From: Octopus sinensis
Taxonomy: Eukaryota
Direction of reading: 5' to 3'
Assembly: GCF_006345805.1 (NCBI RefSeq)
Contig: NC_043002.1
Location: forward strand, 11,098,001 to 11,162,000
Length of the DNA stretch: 64,000 bases
This document shows, piece by piece, positions 24,720 through 37,149 of the stretch. A program made the position numbers and the translations under genes. Within the stretch, counting starts at the first letter, position 1; every line of letters starts with the position of its first letter. The notes beneath the pieces were generated by a model. It was not told the origin of the DNA, ran no database searches, and saw only the letters and a list, made by a program, of their open reading frames with translations.

Positions 24720-27700
24720 GACATCTTTGTGGCTTTGAGACTTTAATGGGCATTTCGGGTATCTTCACTGGGGTACACAGTGGCCATGGTATTGGCACCC
24801 GAAACGATGAAGGAACTAGGCTACTGAAATTCTGAGATGCATGTAACCTTTTAATCTGCAAGACTAACTTCAGGAAGCCAGACAGCCACCTTATAACCTA
24901 CCAATCAGGGGACTCTGCTAGCCAGATTGATTTCATCCTCACCAGACAGTGGGATGGAGGGTTGCTCTTAAATACAAAGACACTCCCAGGTGAAGAATGT
25001 ACCTCACAGCATAGGCTAGTTATTAGTGACTTTAGGCTCGAGGCCAGAAGGATACCAAGAAGCAGACCAATCCAGGAAAGAAGGATTTGGAAGCTAAAGA
25101 ACCCTTCACATGGGCAGAGATTTAGGGACATCTTCATCAAGAAATTTGAGGAGAGGGAGGAGGAGCTACAGGCGGCTGGAAATTCCTATGGGACAGCTTG
25201 CTGAGTGCCACAGACCAGGTCTGTGGATGGTGCAAAGTCCCTTCCAGACCTAGAGTAAAGTGGTGGTGGAATAGTGCAGTAGACAAAGCCGTTAGTGTAA
25301 AGAAACAGGCCTGGAAAGCTTGGAAGGGTTGGGGCAGCAGGAAACTGTACCAGGTAGCCGGAGGGGAGGCTGGGCGGCAGGTATACATAGCCAAGGGTGA
25401 AGCAGAAAAAAAGAAGTTTACCAATGTCCAGCGATGTGAAGACCAAAGAACTGAGACAGTGTGTGAGAGAAAATTGTGATGTCACAGGAGATAAATGTGT
25501 CCGCATGGATGATGGTGCACTTGCTTTTAATGTTGGTGAAAAGAAAGAGGCTTGGAGAAGCCATTATGAAAGACTGCTGAGTGGAGAATGAATGGGAGGA
25601 GGAGAGCCTGCCAAATGTTGACCCAGTAGAGGGACCAGCTATCCCAATAGACATCTCCCTAGTAGATAAAGCAATTAAGGGTATGAAGCCAGGAAAAGCC
25701 CCTCGGCCCATCAGGAATCACTGCTGAGATGCTTAAAACATCTGGTGGTGTGGGCTATGGCCTAGTCACCCGCATTGTAAACCAGGTAGTTCATAATGGA
25801 GTCATACCCAATGACTGGCATAGCAGCACCATAGTCAACTGCTACAAGGGTAAAGGTAATGCTCTAGATAGAAATAACTACAGAGGTATTAAACTGTTGG
25901 ATCAGATGATGAAGGTCACAGAGAGGGTCATAGCCCATCTCATTAGGGAGAGAGTCTGCTTAGATGAGATGCAGTTTGGTTTTGTGCCGGGTAGAAGCAC
26001 CACTGATGCCATATTCTTGGTTCGACAACTGCAGGAGAAATACCTAGCCAAAGATAAACCCCTATACTTAGCTTTTGTGGACTTGGAGAAAGCCTTTGAC
26101 AAGGTCCCCCGATCCCTTTCTGGTGGGCAATGTGGAAACTGGAGATTGACGAATGGTTAATAAGGGCTGTACAGACCCCATACAGAGAGGCCGTCAGCAA
26201 GGTTAGGATTGGCAATGAATATAGTGAAAAGTTCCTGGTAGAAGTAGGGGTCCACCAAGGTTCAGCCCTCAGTACCCTTTTATTCATCATAGTCCTCCAG
26301 GCAATAACAGAGGAATTCAAGACGGGTTGCCCCTGGAGCCTTCTCTATGCTGATGACCTAGCCCTCATAGCAGAATCACTACTGGAACTAGAAAAGAAAT
26401 TTTGGGTGTGGAAGCTAGGTTTAGAATCTAAAGGCCTTAGAGTCAATGTAGCAAAGACCAAAGTCCTAGTAACTAAGAAGGCAAGTACACCACACACCCC
26501 TTCATGTAGGTGGCCCTGCTCAATCTGTAGAAAAGGTGTAGGTAGAAACTCCATAAGATGTACCCAGTGTAAGCTATGGACACATAAGAGGTGCAGCACC
26601 ATCAAAGGAAAATTAACCGAGAAGATAGCTTTCGTCTGCAGCAGATGCACAGGTGCAATAGACACCATTGATACTCAGAAAACAGATTCCATTACACTCC
26701 TGGGGGAGAAACTAGAAGTAGTTGATAGTTTCCGCTACCTAGGTGACCAAGTTAGTAGTGGGGGTGGATGCTCAGAGAGTGTTACCACTAGAATAAGAAT
26801 AGCCTAGGCAAAGTTTAGAAAGCTCCTGCCCCTACTGATGACAAAGGGTCTCTTGCTCTGAATGAAAGGTAGATTGTACGACACGTGTGTGAACTGCCAT
26901 GCTTCATGATAGTGAAACATGGGCTGTGACTGCAGAGGACATGCATAGGCTTGAAAGAAATGAAGCTAGCATGATCCGCTGGATGTGTAATGTTAGTGTG
27001 CACACACAACAGAGTGTAAGTGCCCTGAGAGAAATGCTGGACATAAGAAGCATTGGACGTGGCATGCAAGAGAGACGTTTGCGTTGGTATGGTCATGTAC
27101 TATGGATGGATGAGGAGAGATGTGTGAAGAAGTATCACTCCCAAACAGTTGAAGGAATCCGGGGTAGAGGTAGACCCAGGAAGACAAAGGATAAGATGGT
27201 CAAGCATGATCTTCGAACATTGGGTTTCACAGAGGCAATGACAAAAGACTGAGACCTCTGGAGATATGCTGTGACTGCGAAGACCTGACAAATAACATGA
27301 GTTCATGGCTGTTTCCTGCACCAGCTTCATGTAGAAACCCCAGCCCATCCAAACTGCCTTGGATCGCAGGACGGCTTGCTGTGCATGAGGAGGCCTATTG
27401 AGTCAAGTACTTCAACATCAAAAAAAAAAATCAAATGGAAATTGTAGTTGTGATACCTGTGCTGGTGGCACGTTAAAAGCACCATCTGTACCTTGACTGG
27501 CTTCCGTGCTGGTGGTACGTAAAAAACACCAACCGATCGTGGCTTATGCCAGCCTCCCCTGACACCTGTGCTGGTGGCACGTAAAAAGCACCCACTACAC
27601 TCACGGAGTGGTTGGCGTTAGGAAGGACCTCCAGCAATAGAAACACTGCCAGATCAGACTGGAGCCTGGTGCAGCCTCCTGGCTTCCCAGACCCCAGTCG

Positions 27701-27750
27701 AACCATCCAACTCATGCTAGCATGGAAAACAGACGTTAAACAATGATGAT
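24720..27750 (+). mobile_element. 5'-truncated, decayed RTE-clade LINE (APE C-terminus, reverse transcriptase, PHD-like finger, 3'UTR)
   Basis: APE: ..ITYQSG..SQIDFIL..QHRLVISDF; RT: NYRGIKLL, QFGFVPGRSTTDAIF, AFVDLEKAFDKV, GVHQGSALS, LLYADDL, FRYLG; several stops and frameshifts. Confidence 0.95.
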
Positions 27751-27756
27751 ATATGT

Positions 27757-28010
27757 GGAGGTGCATGGCTTAGTGGTTAGGGTGTCAGCATCATGATTGT
27801 AAGATTGTGGTTTCAATTCCTGGACCGGGCGACGTGTTGTGTTCTTGAGAAAAACACTTCATTTCACGTTGCTCCAGTCCATTCAGCTGGCAAAAATGAG
27901 TAACGCTGTGATGGACTGGCGTCCCGTCCAGCTGGGGAACACATACGCCATTGAAACCAGGAGACTGGGCCCATGAGCCTGGCTAGGCTTTAAAAGGGCG
28001 CATTTATTTC
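27757..28010 (+). mobile_element. SINE-C (V-SINE-like core)
   Basis: tggcttagtggttagg A-box, ggtttcaattcc B-box, gatggactggcgtcccgtccag core. Confidence 0.75.
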
Positions 28011-28264
28011 ATATATATATGTGTATGTGTGTGTGTGTGTGTGTGTATGTATGTGTTTGTGTCTCCCCACTATTTGGCATTAGTTTGTTTACATCCTCAT
28101 AACTTAACTGTTTGGCCAGAGAATAAGCACCAATCTTTAAAAAATAACACTGGGGTCAATTCATTCGAGAAATTCTTCAAGGTGGTGGCCCAGGATGGCT
28201 GCAATCTAATGACTGTAACAGATAAAAGATATACATATATGTGTGCGTGTGTTTGTGTTTATAT

Positions 28265-28700
28265 ATATATAAGTGGAGTGGTTGGCGTTAGGAAGGGCAT
28301 CCAGCTGTAGAAACACTGCCAGATCTGACTGGCCTGGTGCAGCCTTCGGGCTTGCCAGACCCCAGTTGAACCGTCCAACCCATGCTAGCATGGAAAGCGG
28401 ACGTTAAACGATGATGATGATGATGATGATGATATATGCTTGTATGTGTGTGTATATATATCATCATCATCATTTAACCTCTGTTTTCCATGCTGGCATG
28501 GGTTGGATGGTTTGACTGTGGACTGGCAAGCCAGGAGGCCACACCAGGCTCCAGTCTGATCTGGCAGTGTTTCTACAGCTGGATGCCCTTCCTAATGCCA
28601 ACCACTCCGAGAGTGTAGTGGGTGCTTTTTACGTGCCACTGGCATGGGAGCCAGTCAGGCAACACTGGCATAGGCCACATTTGGATGGTGGTTTATACAT
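28265..28700. mobile_element. Two RTE 3' tails, tail-to-tail (+ ~28265-28435; - ~28460-28700)
   Basis: ggcgttaggaagggcatccagc..ggacgttaaacgatgatg, followed by its reverse complement. Confidence 0.85.
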
Positions 28701-29914
28701 GCACATTGATATTTCGCTTCCAGTGGAACATGCTAGCTTTCTTTCTTTCTTTCTTTCTAACCTGCGTCCACTGCATTCACAGCCTGTTTTATAACCATCT
28801 GTGTGTGTGTGTTAGAATTATTGTATGTGACGGGGGTCTTAGTTTTGTCTTGCAAGTTACTTGGTGATCCTGCTGGTGCCTTGAAAAATGCACCCTGGAC
28901 ACGGTTGGCATTAGGAAGTGCATCTAGTCATAGAAACCATGCCAAAAATGATAGTAGAACTTAGCATAGCCTTGCGGCTTGCCAGCTCTTATCAAATCAT
29001 CCAATCCATACCAACATGGAAAAAATGATGAAGATGATGATGACGACAGGATTATATATAAGATCTTCTTCAATTTCAGGCAAGAATATTAAAAAAAAAA
29101 ATGTTTACAGTTGACATTTAGAGTTATTTGAAATTCAAGCGTACAAGTACTGTCAAAAATTATGGATTGGTAAAGATGTCACAAAGTCACATTAATAATA
29201 TGTTACACAATGTTGCCATCATCAAAATTTTAATGACACACTCTGTATGTCTGTTTAATACTAATTTTTCTTATGGCAATTTTCCTTTATTAATTTCTTC
29301 TCGTCCTTCCAAGATGGACAGACACAAGTTGAATAAGATGCTGGAGACAAACGACAGAGACAAAGAAAGCCAGACAGACAGCGAGTCAGTTATTCACACC
29401 ATGTTTCATATACTTAGATACTTATTGATTTTCCTTTCTGTAAAAGATAAAATTTGCAGTATAACTTTTTTTTTTTTTTAATTTGGGAAATTATTGTTCA
29501 TCCCATGGCAATACAAATTTTATTTATGACCTTTTTAAAGTTCTAATTAAAAAATTAACTTTCCTTTCTTGGACAGCAGACTTTTTTTTATTTGTAATAT
29601 TTTTTTTCTAATAGAAAAATTAATTTTCATTTCTGTAAGCATAAATTTTTATAACTGTAATATCATTTACCTGGGGTTTTTTTTTTTTTCAATTCTGTAA
29701 TATACAAAATGTTTGATTATAAACTTTTGTTTTTTTTTTTAATATAAAATAATGATAATTTGTATTTCTGCAAAATACAAATTTCATTATAGAGTTATTT
29801 TTTATTTTAACTTTCAATTAGGAAAAAAAAAAAACAGAAACAATTTTACTTTTTATAAAAAATAAAATTTTCATTCTCTTTTTAATCTATTAATTTTTTT
29901 TCCTCAACCATAAG

Positions 29915-30305
29915 CATGACTATGTGGTAAGTATATTGCTTCCCAAACACATAGTTCTGGGTTCAGTCCCACTGTGTGGCACCTTGGGCAAGTGTCTTCT
30001 GCTATAGCCTCGGGCTAACCAAAGCCACGTGAGTGGATTTGGTAGACAGAAAGTAGAAGAAGCCTGTCGGATGTGTATGTGTGTGTTAATGTCCTTGTGT
30101 CTCTATGTCCCCCACCATTGCGTGACAACCAATGTTGGTTTATTTACATCCTCGTAACTTAGTGGTTTGGCAAGAGAGATCAACAGAATGAGTACTATGC
30201 TTAAAAACAAACGAAAAATCCTGGGGTCAATTCTTTCGACTAAAGTTCTTCAAGGTGGTGCCCCAGCATGGCCACAGTCAAATGACTCAAAAAAGTAAAA
30301 GATAA
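29915..30305 (+). mobile_element. SINE-A, diverged
   Basis: Head, core and tail. Confidence 0.85.
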
Positions 30306-30374
30306 TGATAATTCAACCTGTCATTTGCATGTTTCCCTCCCACTCTCCCCATACACTTTTGCAATATCTACCCA

Positions 30375-32070
30375 CCACACATATTGTTCTCCTGCCCCAC
30401 CCCTTCTCTTCTACTCACCTCATATCTTGAGGTCCACCCACCCACACATATTGTTCTCCTGCCCCACCCCTTCTCTTCTACTCACCATATGTCTCAAGGT
30501 CCACCCACCCATAAATATTGTTCTCCTGCCCCACCCCTTCTCTTCTACTCACCTCATGTCTTGAGGTCCACCCACCCATGCATATTGTTCTCCTGCCCCA
30601 CCCCTTCTCTTCTACTCACCTCATGTCTCAAGGTCCACCCACCCATACATATTGTTCTCCTGCCCCACCCCTTCTCTTCTACTCACCTCATATCTTGAGG
30701 TCCACCCACCCACACATATTGTTCTCCTGCCCCACCCCTTCTCTTCTACTCACCTCATATCTTGAGGTCCACCCACCCACACATATTGTTCTCCTGCCCC
30801 ACCCCTTCTCTTCTACTCACCTCATGTCTTGAGGTCCACCCACCCATGCATATTGTTCTCCTGCCCCACCCCTTCTCTTCTACTCACCTCATGTCTCAAG
30901 GTCCACCCACCCATACATATTGTTCTCCTGCCCCACCCCTTCTCTTCTACTCACCTCATGTCTCAAGGTCCACCCACCCATGCATATTGTTCTCCTGCCC
31001 TACCCCTTCTCTTCTACTCACCTCATATCTTGAGGTCCACCCACAAATATTGTTCTCCTGCCCCACCCCTTCTCTTCTACTCACCTCATATCTTGAGGTC
31101 CACCCACAAATATTGTTCTCCTGCCCCACCCCTTCTCTTCTACTCACCTCATATCTTGAGGTCCACCCACCCACACATATTGTTCTCCTGCCCTGCCCCT
31201 ACTCTTCTACTCACCTCATATCTTGAGGTCCACCCACCCACAAATATTGTTCTCCTGCCCCACCCCTTCTCTTCTACTCACCTCATATCTTGAGGTCCAC
31301 CCACAAATATTGTTCTCCTGCCCCACCCCTTCTCTTCTACTCACCTCATATCTTGAGGTCCACCCACCCACACATATTGTTCTCCTGCCCCACCCCTTCT
31401 CTTCTACTCACCTCATGTCTCAAGGTCCACCCACCCATGCATATTGTTCTCCTGCCCCACCCCTTCTCTTCTACTCACCTCATGTCTTGAGGTCCACCCA
31501 CAAATATTGTTCTCCTGCCCCACCCCTTCTCTTCTACTCACCTCATATCTTGAGGTCCACCCACACATATTGTTCTCCTGCCCTGCCCCTTCTCTTCTAC
31601 TCACCTCATATCTTGAGATCCTCCCACAAATATTGTTCGCCTGCCCCACACCTTCTCTTCTACTCACCTCATATCTTGAGGTCCACCCACAAATATTGTT
31701 CTCCTGCCCCACCCCTTCTCTTCTACTCACCTCATATCTTGAGATCCTCCCACAAATATTGTTCTCCTGCCCCACACCTTCTCTTCTACTCACCTCATAT
31801 CTTGAGGTCCACCCACAAATATTGTTCTCCTGCCCCACCCCTTCTCTTCTACTCACCTCATATCTTGAGATCCTCCCACAAATATTGTTCTCCTGCCCTG
31901 CCCCTTCTCTTCTACTCACCTCATATCTTGAGATCCTCCCACAAATATTGTTCTCCTGCCCCACACCTTCTCTTCTACTCACCTCATATCTTGAGGTCCA
32001 CCCACCCACACATATTGTTCTCCTGCCCTGCCCTTTCTCTTCTACTCACCCCATATCTTGAGGTCCACCC
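30375..32070. repeat. Minisatellite, ~26 units of 67 or 63 bp
   Basis: Unit atattgttctcctgccccaccccttctcttctactcacctcatatcttgaggtccacccacccacac; starts 30381, 30448 ... 32012. Confidence 0.97.
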
Positions 32071-32489
32071 AGATTCCTCATCATTATTTTTCTCTTTTTC
32101 CAACTCCACCCTGGCCGCTCCTACCTTCTCTTTTATAATCTAAGTAACCATGTAGTTCCTCTACAAAAAAAAAAAAACTTCTCTGTTCCATTTTCTCTCA
32201 CTTTAACCCCTCAGACCATTCCCTAAAGCTGCTTCACTCTCTACTGTAACTCCTCTCAGTTGAAGGAGATCATAGTCCTACAGGCTGCATGACTATCTCA
32301 CTAGCGCAGGGGCCATGGAAACAGTACCTGGTACACACAGTGAAGCAGTTGGTCATCGAGCTGTGGAAACCTTGTTAGAGCAGACATTGGTACATGGTGC
32401 ATCCTTCAAACTTGTTGCATCCTGTTAAACCATCCAGTCGATGCCAGCATGGTACATAATCATTAAATAATCCTCTCTACTATAGGCAT

Positions 32490-32650
32490 GAGGCTAGAAA
32501 TTTTAGGGGCAGGGTACTTAATTTATCAACCCCAAAAGGATGAAAGGCAAAGTCAACCTCTGTTGAATTTGAACTGAGGACATAGCAATGGGCAAAATAC
32601 CGCAAAGCATTTCAGCTGGCGTGCTAACGATTCTGCCGGCTTAGCACCTT
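32490..32650 (-). mobile_element. SINE-B, diverged
   Basis: rc of head and core (aaaggatgaaaggcaaagtcaacctc..gaatttgaact). Confidence 0.75.
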
Positions 32651-32807
32651 AGCATGATCATTAAATAACGACCATGATTATAATTCTATGGTAAATATAA
32701 TTCCACTCTTCCTCTATCATTTTCTCATCCTTTATATCAACTCTTCTTAAACTATGGGTCATGACCTCAAATGGGGTCACGAAGAATAAATTCAAAGACT
32801 TGAATTT

Positions 32808-32952
32808 TACATTATTTACATTTGATAGATATTAGTCCTCACCTTGTTTGTTGTTAACACAATGTTTCAGCTGATATACCCTCCAGCCTTTGTCAGGTGT
32901 TTTGGGGCAATTTCAAACCTGGTTCTCATTCCTAAAGTATTTTTCAATGTTG

Positions 32953-33006
<54 letters not shown>

Positions 33007-33258
33007 TCACTGCCTAGAATCGAACTCGGAATTTTGGGGTCAAGAGCACAGGTTACTAACCCCAAGATTCCAAGTTTGATTCCAGGCAGTGACCTGAATA
33101 ACAACAACAACAACAATAATAATGATAATAATAATAATAATAATAATTACGACAACATCGAAAAATACCTTAGGAATGTGTTAACAACAAGATGAGGAGA
33201 AATATCCATTAATTGTAAATAATGTACATAATTCTTCATCTCTTAAATATAGAACTGT
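32808..33258. mobile_element. Foldback element: tRNA-like centre, (AAT)n, Penelope-type terminal arms
   Basis: ~200-bp inverted arms; right arm lacks ~70 bp including the ribozyme core; arm sequence and 3' end (cttaaata.agaactgt) match 55660-55858. Confidence 0.8.
32856..32902 (-). ncRNA. Degenerate minimal type I hammerhead ribozyme
   Basis: rc aaacac-CTGACAA-aggctggagggtatatcagct-GAAA-cattgtgtt; core G8 mutated. Confidence 0.6.
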
Positions 33259-33589
33259 ATTAATTTGAATTTCAGTTTATATGTTATTTCACAAATGCAC
33301 AAATCCTAAAACTACTATTATTTTGACAAATAATATCACTACTTTTTTTATATGTATATTGTTCAGCAAAAAAATTAATGATTTATGTATTTGTTTGTAT
33401 GTTTATATTTCATATTTAATAGCTCGGATCACGAAAAGTCTCGTGGTGAAAAGCAGGGTCATGAATAAAAAAAGTTTAAGAAGCACTGCTTTATATAATT
33501 CCACAAAGGCTCATAGCTTAGTGGTTAGGGTGTTCTACTCATGATCACAAGATTGTGGGGTTTTGTTCCCAGACTAGGTGATGAGTTGT

Positions 33590-35438
33590 CAAAGTGGCAA
33601 GCTGGCAGAAACGTTAGCATGCCGGAAGAATGCCGTCTGCCATTACGTTAGCATGCCGTCTGCCATTACGTTCTGAGTTCAAGTTCTACCGAGGTCGACT
33701 TTGCCTTTCATCCCTTCGGGGTCAATTAAATGAGTACCAGTTATGCACTGGGGTTGATATAATCGACTTAACCCCTTCGTTACCAAACCGCCCAAAGCTG
33801 CCCGAAAAAAATTTTGGTTAATGTGACCAAACCGCCCAAAGCCGCCTGAATTTACCTATTCATATTTAAATGAGAATATCAGAGCAAATCTCTTTAGTAC
33901 ATTCGTGAAAACACGTATTATACTTCGTAAACAGTTCAACTACAGTTTTGTACAATAATCGAAGTGTAATTTTAATTCCGTGAATTTTGAGAGATTTTTT
34001 TCCGAAATTTATTCCTATTGTGTTTTCAAAATTTGTAATTCTGACAAAAAATGGATACGAATTTCATTATATCAAGCAGCGAGTCAGAATTTGAAGGATT
34101 TTCTACTGAAGACCTTCATAAATCTAACTCTATGACTGTAAAAAAAAAGCACATGGTATTTGATAATGAATCTGATGTTTCATTTTCCGAAAGTGAAAAC
34201 AGTGAATTCGAGAGCTCCGACAGCGATAAAGAAAACGAATTGGCACCTGAATGGAGTGAAAATTTAAAAACTGTTTCTTTCGGTGATTTTTCTGAAGAAT
34301 CTGGACCAAGCCACAGACTTTCCCAGAGGAGTAAAGCCTTAGACTATTTCTTTTTACTTTTTGGAATGAGCCTATTTGAAATCATTAGGCGAAAACGAAC
34401 CGTTACACTAAACGTAAACAAAGCGAAAGAAACGATACTTTGTGGTTTCCCATAACCTTAAATGAAATTAAGACTATTTTGCCATAAATATTATTAATGG
34501 TATCAGAAAGTTACCCAGAATAACAAATTCTATCGTAAAATTTTGTTGTATACCCAATTGAATATTAGCTAATAACCCATTTTCTATAGCGATGTTTGAA
34601 CAAAATTTTAATTTTATATTTTGTTGAATTTACCTGTATCTACCTGCAATTAGAGTCACTTTGTGACAAAAATTATAGTATAGAATTGGTTGAGAATATT
34701 TCATTAAATTATCTTCCAAAAATCAGATTATTATATTGATAAATAAAAAAGTTATAGTTGTTTAATGAAACCAGACTAAATTTATGATTACGTTAGAAAT
34801 TAATTGAAACACATTGGTCAGAAATATAGTAACGAAAGGGTTAATCCCTTTGTCTGGCCTTGTTCGTCTCCTCTGTGTTTAGCCCCTTGTGGGTAGTGAA
34901 GAAATAGGTATTTCGTCCGCCGGTGCGTTCTGAGTTCAAAATCCACCGAGGTCGACTTTACCTTTCATCCTTTCGGGGTTGATAAATTAAGTAACAGTGA
35001 CGCATTGGGGTCAATGTAATCGACTTAATCCGTTTGTCTATACATGTTTGCCCCCTCTATGTTTAGCCCCTTGTGGGTAGGAAAGAAATAGGTATTTCAT
35101 CTGCCGCTACGTTCTGAGTTCAAATTCCACAGAGGTTGACTTTGCCTTTCATCCTTTCGGAGTCAATTAAATAAGTACCAGTTACGCGCTGGGGTCGATC
35201 TAATCGACTTAATCCGTTTGTCTGTCCTTGTTTGTCCCCGCTGTGTTTAGCCCCTTGTGGGTAGTAAAGAAATAGGTATTTCGTTAGTCTTTATGTTCTG
35301 AGTTCAAATTCCATCAAGGTCGACTTTGCCTTTCATCCTTTTGGGGTTGATAAATTAAGTACCAGTTGTATACTGGGTTGATCTAATTGAATGGCCCTCC
35401 CTCCCCAAAGATTTCGGGCCTTGTGTCTAGAGTAGAAG
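33590..35438 (+). mobile_element. SINE-B with four core units (184-bp period), containing a piggyBac insertion
   Basis: Unit junctions ggtattt at 34907, 35091, 35275; last unit carries the terminal tail. Confidence 0.85.
33772..34840 (+). mobile_element. Internally deleted piggyBac with transposase N-terminal remnant
   Basis: TTAA|ccccttcgttac ... gtaacgaaaggg|TTAA; ORF 34051-34455 acidic, then ..SGP..LDYFFLLF.., and after a frameshift KTNRY..WFPITLNEI..GIRKLP (PGBD4-like). Confidence 0.9.
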
Positions 35439-35780
35439 AGACTAGGTGAAGAGTTGTGTTCTTGGGCAAGACTGTTTGTGTCACATTGTTCCAGTTCACT
35501 CAGCTGTAAACAATTTGGCATGTGGTGGACCAAGGCCCCATTCAGCAGGAGTGTTGCGATCTCAGGTGTTTGTGCGCCATGGAAACTGGGTAACCGGCCC
35601 TGCGAGTCTTAGGACTCAAGACAGACATGTCCAAAGATTGATCATGATCATGATGATGGTGGTGGGGATGGGGATGATAATGATGATGGTGATGATGATG
35701 ATGATGATGTAACTTTATGGTCTATAGTTATCTAATAAAAGGCTTACTCTTCCCTGCAGCATGTACAGTGAGACAGGCAG

Positions 35781-36009
35781 TACAGTAATCCCTTTCCATA
35801 TCGCAGTTCACCTGTCGCGGTTTATCATTTAAGCTTACACTGATTCCTTCGTGGTGTTGTTTTGCATTTGCAATGAAATAAATAAATATATGCAAATTAT
35901 AAAAACGATAATAAAAAAATATACAGTACAGTACTATTTCTACTTCACAGATTTCCACCTATCATGGGGTGTTTTGAAACATAACACCCACGATAGTCGA
36001 GAGATTACC

Positions 36010-36012
<3 letters not shown>
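35781..36012. mobile_element. ~230-bp Tc1/pogo-like MITE
   Basis: ta|cagtaatccc..atatcgcagttcacct start, degenerate inverted end; homologues at 38033 and 38299. Confidence 0.65.
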
Positions 36013-36048
<36 letters not shown>

Positions 36049-36149
36049 ATTAAATATAGGATAAAATCTATATAAGAACTTAACAAGTAGTCAGCATGAA
36101 AACCATGTAAGGGAAAAAATGTATAATTATTCTCTTTAAATACTCTCTT

Positions 36150-36373
36150 TACTCTTTTACTCTTTTACTTGTTTCAGTCATTTGACTGCGGCCATGCTGG
36201 AGCACTGCCTTTAGTCGAGCAAATCAAATCGACCCTGGGACTTATTCTTTGTAAGCCCAGTACTTATTCTATCAGTCTCTTTTGCCAAACCGCTAAGTGA
36301 TGGGGATGTAAACACACCAGCATCGGTTGTCAAGCAATGCTAGGGGGACAAACACAGACACACAAACACACAT

Positions 36374-36419
<46 letters not shown>

Positions 36420-36581
36420 GACAGGCTTCTTTCAGTTTCCGTCTACCAAATCCACTCACAAGGCATTGATCAGCCCGAGGCTATAGCAGAAGACACTTGC
36501 CCAAGATTCCACGCAGTGGGACTGAACCCGGAACCATGTGGTTGGTTAGCAAGCTACTTACCACACAGCCACTCCTGCGCC
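36150..36581 (-). mobile_element. SINE-A, full length
   Basis: Head, core and tail. Confidence 0.92.
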
Positions 36582-37149
36582 TATACATTTATTATATTAA
36601 AGGCATTACTACACATAAATGCCTCAAGCTATCAGGGACTCTTAAAGTCAAAACTACCATAATAAATATACAGTGTACAAACAGCAAGGGAATGCAACTT
36701 GGAAATCATCTCTTAAAAACAGATTCAGCCGCAAATCATATGTTTTCATAGTTAGCGTACATAATGCACTTTCCAAATAAATATATATATTTATATTATA
36801 ATAAAGGGTAAAGATCATTAATGATTCTACCAGGTGGTAAGCGTGGAATTAAAAACCTCATAGGTAAATTTTACAAAATATTTTATAATTATATACATAA
36901 TTATAACAAGGGATTGGCTTTACGCCTCACTACCCACTAAAAATAAGCGCCAAAAGACAATATTACTGAGAGTTTTGATTCATTTTCTTTCTTTTGCTAG
37001 CCTAAAATGTGGTGTGTTATTCTCAGAGATTTTAAGGTGGTAATAGTATCTTTTGGCGTCTATTTTTACAGCGTGTGGTGAGGCTCATAGCCAATCCCTT
37101 GTTATAATTATGTATATAATTATAAAATATTTTATATATATATATATGG

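Larger units (their letters stand above)
33505..35635 (+). mobile_element. SINE-C split by a 1.85-kb composite insertion (SINE-C pieces 33505-33589 and 35439-35635)
   Basis: 19-bp TSD agactaggtga(t/a)gagttgt at 33571-33589 and 35439-35457. Confidence 0.8.

Noticed and set aside
31223-32143. 306-aa repetitive ORF and overlapping ORFs
   Set aside because: Stop-free frames of the minisatellite; no splice or start context.
34051-34455. Domesticated PGBD host gene
   Set aside because: Frameshifted, lacks the catalytic core and sits within intact TIRs and a TTAA TSD.
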